A stretch of 53,515 nucleotides of DNA, filler included, from Jimgerdemannia flammicorona (taxonomy: Eukaryota), in assembly GCA_003990765.1 (NCBI GenBank). It is 2 parts of 2 records of this genome, joined end to end, with 100 filler letters (N's around TTAATTAATTAA, not from the genome) between each part and the next. Parts side by side here need not be neighbours in the genome. Positions count along the whole stretch, not along the records: positions 26,809 to 53,515 come from RBNJ01000703.1; 1 more part is not named here. One strand, written 5' to 3'. The position numbers and the translations under genes were made by a program. Positions within the stretch are counted from its first letter, which is position 1. Each line of letters begins with the position of its first letter. The notes beneath the pieces were generated by a model. That model ran no database searches. It was not told the DNA's origin and worked only from the letters and a program-made list of their open reading frames with translations. This document shows positions 32,701 to 44,124 of this stretch, in pieces.

Positions 32701-33885
32701 GACCTACTTTAAGCAGTTCATTGGCGGAAGCACGCTGGTAACAATCCGGTTCCAAACATCGATCAACGAAGTCCACCAGCCGGGTATCCATATTCTGGGG
32801 ATAATGTGGCCGACCTTGTTCAATGATCGTTCGCTTTAGCTAAATTTGGAGTGGCCGAAAATCAGTACGATTTATTAATGGGCAGAATAAATAATGGAAT
32901 TGAATGCATTCAGTGACAAGCCTCATATTTCGACAAATGATAGTTTAAAACAAACCTCTCCCTTCTCTAGGTGATCGCCTTCGTAAGGCGCCTTGCCAAA
33001 GTTAATAATCTCGAGGACGACGATGCCTAGTGCCCAAATGTCGACCTTTTGGTTGATGGGGTTGCCTTTACAGATTTCGGGCGCCCAAAACAATATGTCG
33101 CCAACCTCTTCGGATGACGGTTTCTCGATAATCGTGGGTTTCAAAGAGCTGAAGCCGAAGTCACCTGAATGAGGAATATAGTAAGTGGGGTTAGGTGTAA
33201 GAGGAAAAGCAAGAATTATGTTTAGAATGGTTACCAGGCTTGTCAGGGTGAAATAAATGGGCGAGGTATTTACCGATCACGATGGTGTTATCTTCACCAA
33301 GGAAGACATTTTCGCATTTGATGTTACGATGGATCCAGCCGCGCTTATGTATTTCCGCAAGGCCTGCCACGAGCTGAGGTATTTGTGTGGGCCGGATGGT
33401 AAGAATGATGGACAAGACAAAATTATTTCGGGTACACACACAATGTCACACAACACCAACTGGTCGTTGCATGGAATACAAGGCATTAGACGGACCCTTT
33501 TAAGTATGAACACCATTTGCAGCAAAGCGACGCTGTTGTCGAGGCAATACTTTTGCAAAGTCCCGCCGTTGTAATACGGTGTCACGAGGAAGACGCAGCC
33601 TTCGTAAATGTAGATACTCTGCAGTTTCAGAATATTTGGGTGTGGGTGTTTGGTCATAGTGATGATTTCACTTTCGATGAGCTTCTCGTCCTTGCTCCCC
33701 TCGATGTACTTTTTCACGGCCACGTTCTGGGGCGCGCCGTCGGACTCGCGGCAATGAAACACGCCACCGTGCGCGGAAGGCCATGTGGGCTTTTCGCTAA
33801 GGCCGCTATAAATGAGCTGCGGGTTAGAGAAGTGTTTGGGCACGCCTTCAAACTTGCGTAAAGATAACTTTAGAAGCGTGGTCAT
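29707..33885 (-). CDS. STE20/PAK-like (pseudo)kinase fused via a Pro/Thr-rich linker to RI-like leucine-rich repeats; 18 exons, ~800 aa
   Basis: Exons 33885-33496, 33373-33274, 33164-32956, 32839-32708, 32576-32195, 32014-31931, 31844-31761, 31676-31593, 31517-31434, 31337-31254, 31158-31075, 30983-30900, 30804-30721, 30627-30544, 30458-30375, 30278-30201, 30068-29918, 29827-29707 sum to 2403 nt with consistent phases and no internal stop. Kinase motifs VAVKK, HPNIL, IHRNIKCEN, GDFG, FWAPE and DIWALG. LRR consensus NNIGxxGAxxLAxxLKxNxTLxxLxL. The last intron needs a GC donor; otherwise the stop is at 29890. Confidence 0.88.
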
Positions 33886-34495
33886 AGTGCTTTATGAAAT
33901 TCTCGGACGGAAAGCAACAGAGGTCACATGCTTTTGAATTTGCCCTTATATAATTACAGTGTGCCAATCAAAAATCTCATGGTACCACTCTCGACGTCGG
34001 TTATAGAGTAGCTCCACGTGCCGTGACTGAAGTAGGAATAGCAATAGGTATTACGGGTCAAACCTGTGTAACCTTGCATAAATACAATTTGCCAAATACA
34101 TCGTTGTTCCTCTTCCGCTTCGCTGCAATCCTGCAACTAGCGACTTCATCCCGTTTTCGCACCCTCCCACCTCCCTGTTTACTGTATTCTACCTGTCGGG
34201 TTCGCTTATGCCGAACTGACCATTCGCCACGCAATGTCGATATTCCGACTTGCTGCGATATTCCCCAAAATAAATCAAAACATGTATACAATGTAGTTGC
34301 GAGGGACACGAGAGTTGATAGACATTATATGGGGCGCAATTTTTCAAAAGGTGCCTTATGGCCTATCAGGATTAGTGCCTTTTTGAAAAATTGTGTCCCA
34401 TATAGTCACCACTCGCCTGTTCACACAAAAGTCGGCCTACCTCTCCCCCTCTTTGCGCTTCACCCTCGGCTTCGGCTCCAACGCCCCAAACTGCT

Positions 34496-34561
34496 GGGAA
34501 CCCCGGAGTTTGTTTGACGGCCACAAGCGGGAACCTCGGAGTTTGTTTGACTGTCACAAGC
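34496..34561. repeat. 33-bp tandem duplication
   Basis: GGGAACCCCGGAGTTTGTTTGACGGCCACAAGC followed by GGGAACCTCGGAGTTTGTTTGACTGTCACAAGC (3 mismatches). Confidence 0.9.
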
Positions 34562-34759
34562 CCGCCCATCTCTTGCGCGACCGTCACCCCGACCACGAAC
34601 GTAAGTCGAACTCCATTTGAACAGAGATCGCTCATTTACAAACGGGTAAATATCAACTAGCAGTCGGCGGAAATTCCGTTAAAGGAGCTTGGGAGACCCT
34701 GCATGGCACCCCTTCTCTTACCGTATCATTTCCTGTTCTTGACTTCCAGCTCCGACCTC

Positions 34760-35274
34760 ATGACCATCCCAACCATCAACGTTGATATCACCCTCGAGCT
34801 TGACGACGACTTTGACCCTCCCTCGAGCGCTTCTCTACTCCTACCACACCACAACGACCTTCATCCCGAACGACTTCCCCCTCTTCGTCCCCTCCTCCTT
34901 CCACACACGCCCAGCCGATGCGACTATGGATGGTCCCATGTTTGCAGGCCTAGACCGCCTCCTCGAAGACGTGGACATGGACACGGACCCTTGCCTCAAC
35001 CCCGCCCCCTAGGCTCGCTGCCAGACATAACTGCTCCCACCAAGATCTTCTGTCCGAGTCGAGCTTCATCCGAATCGCGCGTCAGGCTCCAATAACCACA
35101 AATCCAGCCCACATCAAGACGCTTTATCGCACACGCCTTCCCACATTCCGCACACCTTTCCTTCTCCAGTTTGCAGTTTGTGTGATCTTGTACGGGCATT
35201 TGACCTCAGACGCGCTGGCGACCTTGCGTCATCGCAAGTTCTCCTTCGATGATGACGTGCTGGAATCGGGTTAA
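34760..35274 (+). pseudogene. Possible frameshifted gene of unknown function (~170 aa), divergent from the kinase-LRR gene
   Basis: GC-rich, coding-like sequence. Three protein-like segments in different frames (MTIPTINVDITLELDDDFDPP..., ...MDGPMFAGLDRLLEDVDMDTD..., ...FIRIARQAP...FSFDDDVLESG*) need two frameshifts to join. Confidence 0.28.
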
Positions 35275-38200
35275 GAGTTGAAAAGGAGGGGGGAGTGAGG
35301 AAGGGTTGCCCAGGCGACATGGGTGTCCCGTTTTTGGAGGCCCCGAAGAACATTTTGTGGGAACCTCATGAGCGATCCAGCAAGGGAGAGAGAGAGGGAG
35401 AGGGAGGTGGAGGTGGTGGAGAGAGGGGGGCCAGGAAAAAAGGACAAGGAATGGGAGGTTAAGGAGGTATGTATTTTGTGACATATAGTGGTTGTGCTGT
35501 TTGTTGCGTGAGATGGTGGAACACGACCTCATGTCTATTATATTCTTATCTATACCCCTATGCCATTCAATCACACATGTGTAAAATAATTCACAAGGTC
35601 GACTACTGCAATGGCACCGTCATCAGCCTGATAATGTGCTCAACGTCCCTGCCACAGACAAGACTGTTGTTATGTATTGGAAAGGCAAGGTGGGTTTTGC
35701 CGACTTCAAGTCGTGGTGCGTGTGGTTAGGGATAACCGTGCGATTTTTGCTTCGTGGGAGACTCAGTATTGTTATTTCCCTCCCCTTCTCGATGACTGTA
35801 TCTTATTTTGAACTCGTTTCCTCCGATTAGTTTGTTATTAAGCCATACTGAATTGACGCGTGAGATGTTGTATATACCTCTTTGATCATTAGATTGAAAC
35901 GTTGAGCGAGTAGATTAATAAATAGGGTTTTTGTGTATTTGTAAGATATATAATTAGGAAATCCGAAGTGACTACCTCTCGCTCCTTTTTTTCAGAGTGA
36001 GAGGAAGATAAATTATATTTTGTGAAAAAAATACTATTTTTGCGAGTGCGCTCCATCCCGCCACAAGAATATGAACTATCTTATGTACTTCGATTATTTG
36101 ACTAAGCCTCGCTTTGTTCCGGACCGTTTCAGAGTTGGTTTCTGCCATCCTGAAAGTGTTGTTGTCTTAAACATGTATACATGTGGTTTTTCATCTGTCT
36201 AAGACCCATGTGTGAGACATGTAAAATATAGTAATAAAAGAATATCTCCCACTCCCATGGAGTCCCTTAGCCATTTTGAAAGCTTTGGCAGTTTGCTATT
36301 TTTTTCCTATGACTACCATCTTCTCTGAATCCTTGATATGAACAATGACCAAATCCAACAACAACACAATCAGACCATTTGGGCTGAGTGTGATGAGTTT
36401 CTTCATCAAGTCACCAAGGCTGTTGCAATTAGTCTCTGTCCTTCTCTGCTAGATCCTGAAGTTATAAATAGATGAGAGTACTACAGGATCATTGACACCT
36501 TCTTTCTCCACCAACAGGCTGATGAACCATCTGACCTTAGTGATAATTCTGATAGAATAGACCTCTATGATGACAACTGCAGTAATAAGGAATTTCTTAC
36601 AGCCACTAGGATAAGAGCCATTGAGTGATATAACATCCCCTAACTTTCATCATCATTATGGTCTCTCAGAATAGAATCAATGCCCATCTTATCTTGGCAA
36701 ACTCCTCTGCCATAATCCTGAGCCATGGCAAGATGTCTTCTATACATCTACCATCAATGAGACCTTTTATGATAATTTTTCCAAGACTGTCAGAGAAGTA
36801 AATAAGGTTCTTACTAATACTCAATAAGTGATCTACAATATCCTCTGTCTGATTGCTATTACTCTCTATACTCTTAAGCTATACTCAGATGAGACTGACC
36901 TTTACCACAAGCTAATCTATGATACTGTCATTCTTTTGCTAGTAAAAAGGCTCTAGGACTCTCTCTGGATTAGCTTCTATAAGACCAAATACCTCTAGAT
37001 CTACCACTATATCAAACTCACTAAGACTGCTGGATGGTTCTCTGCTCTTATCTCTGCTTACTATATAGTGGTATCTGGCTCTGAGTTTTATGGTAATTAC
37101 TTCAGTACTAACTTTATCTACTACTTCTATAATAATACCAAACACTAAAAGTACTGCCTTCTTATCTACAATATAGCCAAGTCTAGCTATTATAAAGGTG
37201 TTTCTTACTATAGATCAAATCTCTCTAGGGACTATGGGTGGAGAAATAAGACATGGAGCAGATACTACTCTAATTACTACCAACAATCCTCTAGTTTCTG
37301 AAACTATACCCTAAGTATCAATAGCTACAGAGTGTCTCATACTTTAAACCCAGAGTACAGTATATCTCTTCTAATTACTCAGCTCTGAGAGGTCTACCTC
37401 TCTATCATATAATTGCCTCTAAGTTACTGAATATCTTCTCTAAGGTGAGAGAGTACTTCTCTATAATCCTTAAGGCCATATAAAAGAACTTGGACATTGA
37501 TCATTGGGTTATCAATACTGTTTATAGCAAGATATAGATTGAATGAATAAGTTCCTTAAACCTCTTAGACCAAACTCTACTTTTCTTATAAATAAGAAAT
37601 ACCCTAGATAAAGAAGGTACTAATAGATACTACTATCACTAAGTTTCAGAATAAGAATACTATCTATACTACTCTATAAGAGAAATTACTATACTTTTTT
37701 AATATCTTTATTATTCACTAGATTAATAAGGTTTAAGTATATCTTAATATATATTTATTGAATAAATTCATATAGTATCTAAACTTCAAGATAGAGGAAA
37801 TCTAAACACTTTATTACATAGTTTACTCAGATGACCACTTTGTCAAGATCAATATCAAGAACACTTATCTTTATATTCTCCTCTACTCAGATGATTAATA
37901 GTTCCTAGTCTTTTACTAATATTAGATCAACTAGAAGTTCCAGACCATATTATTCAAGCTGTTATCTACTCTCCAGATATATATAAAGATAATAGTGGTC
38001 ATTCTGATACCTCTCTAATAGTAGTATATCTGGCTGATCTATTATATTAACAATATCTATCTTCTGGCCTCCTTATAGGAGGAGGCTCTTCACTATAGAG
38101 AAATTATCTATTACTATTTAGAAATACTAGAGTTTCTCCTTTACTCCACTAAATGTATCTGAGAACTCTACTAATAATAGACTTTCTTAGAGTTCCTAGT

Positions 38201-38924
38201 TGATATTGTTAAAATGGAAATACATCTATTACAGAATAAGATATATAAGATTCATAAGAAAACTATCTCTTTTTTCTACTGTATAGCCCTGACTCTGATC
38301 TACAAGATCATATTACTGATGAGTCTATGCAACTTCATGACTCAGACAGTCTTTCTAGTCTATTTCTAGGTCTGGTCTCTAATTTGAGATATTTAGAGGG
38401 CTCTGATAATAAGTAATAACTATTGAAATAGCATGATAACTATCTCTCTAATATTATATAATAATCTTTAGTAGTGGTCCCTCAATCTGTCTGAGTGGAA
38501 TAGCAGATCTCTGCTCTCTAAGCACTCTGAAGATATGTACTATCAATACTAATATAAGTGACTATAGATGAGATTTTAATATTGTCTCTACTATTAGTAT
38601 CTCACAGACTATATATCAGATGATAGACTTTTAGACTCTATGGAAGAAGAGCCAATTCATTAATTACCAGAAGCTCAAGATGGTTCTCTTTGTCTTATAG
38701 ATCAATAACTGCTATTGAGAGAGTTATATAGTCCTCATATAGATAGATAATATGATCATAAAGATATTTATCAATAAGCAAGAGGGCTCTCTTCACTATC
38801 TGAATACTATCACAACTCAGATTTATTACCTCTATCTGATGAAGAGAATTTTCCTCTTTGTCAAACACATCTCTAGTACTAATAATATAAAGACAGACTT
38901 TCTCAGCCATATCTACCCCTTTTC

Positions 38925-39230
38925 TGATAACTGGCAACTGAACCCTTGGATCTTTTGCCACTTCCTTTGGTGGGGCCCTATCTCTTTAGATCTTTTTATA
39001 TCTCAGATAATAGTCCAAACTCCCCTCTTTTATAGTTACTGGGTAGATCTCAAGGTCATAAAGATAGATATATTTTAATACCCCTGACTGGCTTACAGAG
39101 TATATACCAACTTGCCCTGGATTCTCATTAATTATATCCTATATAAGGTCAAGACAGACTGCTGCCAATATCTCATTCTCATTATACTATTCTGAATATA
39201 GTAGAGCTGGTAACTCAAACTTCTCAACAT
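38925..39230 (+). pseudogene. DIRS DNA N6-adenine methyltransferase-like domain
   Basis: WQLNPWIF...WGPISLDLFIS (cf. DLFAS) and YTNLPW at 39103-39120 (cf. YANPPW), directly after RNase H. Confidence 0.8.
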
Positions 39231-39399
39231 GGCTATAGTATCTTCTATTCTCCTTTCTTCTCATCTTTTAATAATAGCATCAATGACCAAAATAATATAC
39301 TGGACTGCTCTAATATGATATATTAGTAGTAATCTCCTAATACTATTATACTGATACTACAGACTCACTAACTTATTTAGATCAGTATTCAGACTTCCT

Positions 39400-40260
39400 T
39401 TTATAAGAACTACAAGTCTGCCTTCTAACACTATACTTATTAGTACTATTGATAGTATGTCAATTCTATGTATACTATTACTGAACAGTATATTAACTGC
39501 TTGACTCAACTCTTTTAGAAGAGAATGAGCACTCACTAACTTTGTAGTATTTATATAGCTATTAGACAGTAGATGTCCATAATATATAGGGTCTATTTTT
39601 TCACCCTTTTTTTCACTTATCTCATTTGAGATACTGCTAACCTTCACTCTCCTCCTTCTAAGAATAAGTCCAGCTGATAGAATGTAGTCTCTCTTATACA
39701 GTGGCTGACTTCTTTGAGCTCTTATAATAATCTCAAACCTCAGGTCTTATGTAGTAAGAAGACTCATGCTCAGCTGGCCTTATATATATCTTAGAGAGTA
39801 GCCAGTGACTTTGCCAGATGCTAGACTACTATTAGTTTTCACAGCAGTATAGATGATTGGCTGGTCAAGATATTCCTGATGGTAGATATATCTGAGGAAA
39901 ATATCTTCAATATTACTGCCTCATCACTACTCTTCTGGAGGACAGAGATCTATATCTCATCTACTAGACTTTCTGTTAGACTCATGAGATAGAGCTGCTC
40001 TACCCCTCTACTGACAGTAACTGTCTTTTTATCAGTGTATACTTCCCACATTACAATCTTATCTCTGATTACCTTCCCAACTGGTTTTTCAAGTATATAA
40101 CAGTAGTAGGCATTGATTCTATTCATTACCCACACTCTGTCTAGATAGAGTCTTCTACTAAGACTCTGGAAGAGAGTATACTTATTGATGTGATCTTTGA
40201 GAGCAGCAACTGGAGCTTCTGGACAAACTTTAAGTACTATTACCATTTTTTTCTTCAGGT
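39400..40260 (+). pseudogene. DIRS tyrosine recombinase
   Basis: Box II H-S-V-(R>TAG) at 40133-40144, then NWS and FKYYY with the expected spacing. 5' boundary approximate. Confidence 0.78.
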
Positions 40261-40399
40261 GTCTGCCCTTTTCAGAATAGCTTGGACTTTTTCTTTAGTC
40301 TAAACAGTCCTCTAATACAAGAGTCAGAGTATCTGCAAGACACATCTTTTTTTTTTTTTTTTTATAGTCACTTGGACTGCCCTTTATTACTGAATTCTA

Positions 40400-43300
40400 T
40401 AGTACTAACAATATAATGTCACTCTCTCCCTCAACCAATGCCCCCTGGGCCCAGACCTCTCCCTTCGATCTCCCCCTGCCCAAGCACCACCTGATCACCC
40501 ACAACCCGAATTCTTCCACCACTCTTCAGGGAGGTACTCTGCACCAACCCCCTATGACTCCCTCCACCCAGCCCCCAACCCCACCACCAGCTATTCAAAA
40601 TGTCCAAAAGCAACCATTCCCAACATGCCATCTTTTCCCCAGCCCCAACCTGACGCCCTTCCTCAAAAACATGAACCCAATATCCCGCCAACCCGACCCA
40701 CATAGCCAAAGCCCACCCAAGGATCAGCTACTCGTCTCCAACTCCACCCACCAGTCGCTGGCTGAGCTCTCCCCATCTCCCCCCTCCCTCTCCCTCCAGA
40801 GCACTCAGCCCCACTCAGTTCCCAATACCACTCCAGAACTCTTCCAAAACCTCACATTCACCAAGCCAATGTTCAGGCATTTGTACCACGCCTCCCTCCT
40901 GGCCAACATTGCAACACTCCTCGCACTCAAATACTCCACCGTCCACCAAGTGCCCAGACCAATAGGTCAACATCACATTCCGCCATAGGACACGCCACCA
41001 TACCACCCAGAACTTGGGGGGCAGCCACTGCCTCACCCTTTTGCTCCAGAGCCAGAGACCATTCCAGTTCCACTCCTCACCAATTCCAACCCTCTGCCAG
41101 GCTTCAGGCCACAGGTCTCCCCCTAGGCCTCGCAGATACTCCAGACCCTCGCCGAGTTGAAAGTCCTCCACCAGAACACCACCCAATAGCAACCTGTCCC
41201 ACTGCCACATCCGCAGTCCCCAATCCTCCTCAGCTTCATCACCATGCCATCGAAGTCCAATCTTCTTAGCACTATCCACCACCCCCCACCAGAAGCCCAT
41301 AAACCATATCCTCCTGCTCCCTGCCATGGCCACCATTGCGAGCAGGTCACCCGAGTCACCATGTGGGGAATACTGAACCTCCTACAATTGCTGCATGAGT
41401 GGCACCCACTCCCGACCTCAAAGCTCACTCGCCCTCCTCAACCACCAAGCTCAAAGGCATAGGAGCCACTTAGTAAAGTCCACTAAGCCCAGCCCACCTC
41501 TTTCCAAGGGCAGTGTGAGCACCTCCCAACCGACCTGGCTCTGCCTCCCTCTCCAGATCCATGACCTCACTATCTTCAACAGCCCCTTGACCACCCAAGT
41601 TGGGAAGTCCAAATGATAACCCACGTACCATAGCTTTGGCATCCAATACACATTCAGTACCATCACCCTTCCAGCTAGAGACATATGCCAGCCTCCCCAA
41701 CGCAGCAGAACATTTCCCCACTCCAATAGTTGACAATCCCACCATGCCTGGGGAAGAAGAGAGCCAAACACTGAAAAGTAGATCCCCAAATATCACACCA
41801 GTTCTCCAGCAGGTACCACTGTCCCAATGATCTCACCACCAACAATTCCATCACCTAGCACCAGAGTCTCACACTTGTGCTAGTTCAGCTTGGCACCAGA
41901 GCCCCTCTCATATCATTCCACAGAACCCTGTAACTCCCCTACATCCACCAGGGAGCCCAGCCTGACCACCATGTCATCAGCGAAGGCCCCCACCTTCCAA
42001 TTCACCCCTAAAATGTCCAAACCCTCAATTTGGCGCCGAATCCTGTCCAGTAGAGGCTCCAGAGAAAGGGCATACAATATGGGCGACAGTGGGTCCCCTT
42101 GGGGCACTCCACGGCCCAGGGGAAAAGTCACCCCCCTGTGACCATTAATAACCAACGCCACCTGACTGTCCTCCAAGAGACTGATCAAAGAACCTCGGAA
42201 CCCTGGGGGGATACCAATCCGTTTCAGCACCCCCTCCAGCCATATCCTCTGCACTTTATCATAAGCCTACTCCTGGTCCAGAAACACCAGATGTCCATCA
42301 ACCCCTGCTGCCCAGGCACCTTCAATTACTCCATGAACCCAAGCCGTCCAATCTTGAATCAACCGACCACCAACAAACCCACGCTGCTCCACACCAAGCA
42401 CCTGTTGAGCAATTCCTTGCAGCCTCCTCACCAAGATCTTGGTCACCAATTTGCGGTCCATGTCGAGAAGCATAATAGGCCACCAGTTCTTCCAGTCCTC
42501 TTGCCTCTCCTTGTTCTTGTAGAGCAAGGAGACTAGCCCTAAGCACTGTCCCCCAATCTAGGCACCAGACCGAAGAACTTCATCACACATAGCAGTCATC
42601 TCCTCTAGCGCCTCATCAACTCCAGCCATTTTCTGCCAAAAATCCCAGGGAAGCCCATCCTCTCCTGGGGCAGTCCCTTTACTCATTGAGACCATAACTC
42701 TGCGAATTTCCTCACCACACACTGGGTCCCCTAATGTCCCAAGCCCCATTGCAGGGTCTGGGTGCCAATCCCCCAGCTGCCTCTCAATGTCCAGAGCATC
42801 CATTCCTCCTTCCTCCTCACTCCACAAATTCTCCCACCAGTCCCTCAATAGGCCCAGAATTGCCGGCAACCCCACCACCAGCTCGCCGTTCGTATCCAGA
42901 ACCCCTTCCCACCACTGCCTCATTCCTCGTGCTTGTAACATCCTCAATAAAAACCTAGTAGGCCTCTCCTCTTCCTCCAGCCCCTGCCACCGCAAGCAGG
43001 CCACCATCCCCTGCAGCTTCACCTCCTCCTCTTTTCGTAACACTCCTGTAAGCTCTTCGACCTCCCGTCGGATTCTCACAATACGCCAATCAGTCACGTC
43101 CCCATCTTCCAGCACACCTGCCCATCTCCCCAAGAGAGCTGCCAGACGCCATGAGGCCCACAGCACCCTCTGCCTTTGCTGGGTACCCTTCCCTTTCCCT
43201 GCTTCCCTCCAATACCTCTGGGCAGTTGCCTTCAGTCTTCTCCAACAGTCTCCGATCCCCAGGCCCTGTTCCCACCACCTACAGATCTTCCCAACCATCT

Positions 43301-44093
43301 CCATCTCCCAACCCTCCCACACCACCCTATCCTCCAACAAGGAAGAATTTAGCCGCCAATGTCCAGGCCCATTCTCATTTCCCCCAAACCTCCCCCCTCC
43401 AAGCAGCCCCCAGTGATCAGACCATGGACACCATACCACTTCCAGCACTGACCAGACATCTGCTCCCCAACACTCCGCTGTCAGAACCCAGTCAATCCTG
43501 AAGCCCAGTCCTGCTGCCCAGTGGGTGTACACCCGCCGATCGGCCCGGAGGTGTCTTCCTGAGTCCACTAAAGAACACAATCTCTCTATTTCCAGCCATT
43601 CACCCAGCCCACCACTTTCACCCTGCACACCTCTCCCGCCATCTGTTCTATCCACCTCCTTATCCCGTACCATGTTGAAGTCCCCCCCCATACAATCCAG
43701 GCCAACCTCTCCTAATACACCAGCCTCTTTCAAATGGCAAATCCAATCCACCCTCTCTCCTCTTTCAGCTGGGCAATAATAAGACCCAACTGTCAACGAG
43801 CCCCATCCAGGCCTCTTCCATATACCCCACACCACCCGAGACCCCCAATGTCCAATGTCCACAATATCCCCCATCTCTTTCCGAACAAGAATACACACTT
43901 TCCCCCTCCATACTGCCACATTCCCCCATTCCTTCGTCCAATCCTGTAGGTCCACATCTTCCTCATATCGAACATCCTGTAGCAAGAAGAGGTCCACGTC
44001 CAATCCCTTAAGCCATCCAAATATTTACTTCCTTCTAGCTGCCCCCCGTAACCCATTAATGTTCAATGAGAATATCTTAGTTGTACTGTTCAT
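40400..44093 (-). pseudogene. LINE copy 2 ORF2 (APE-RT-CCHC), disrupted by stops
   Basis: MNSTTKIFSLNINGLRG, LLQD, GGDFN, RIDW, SDH, APGEDG, FLDQE, GVPQGDPLSP, AFADD, CEECC...EHWLGEC. End approximate. Confidence 0.92.
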
Positions 44094-44124
44094 ATTGAAA
44101 GAATGTTGATTTGGCGACCCCAAC

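Noticed and set aside
36163..36219. Imperfect inverted repeat (TGTCTTAAACATG / CATGTGTGAGACA) left of the DIRS element as a MITE or DIRS terminus
   Set aside because: Short, with two mismatches, no TSD and no counterpart found at the other DIRS end. Cannot be supported from this window.
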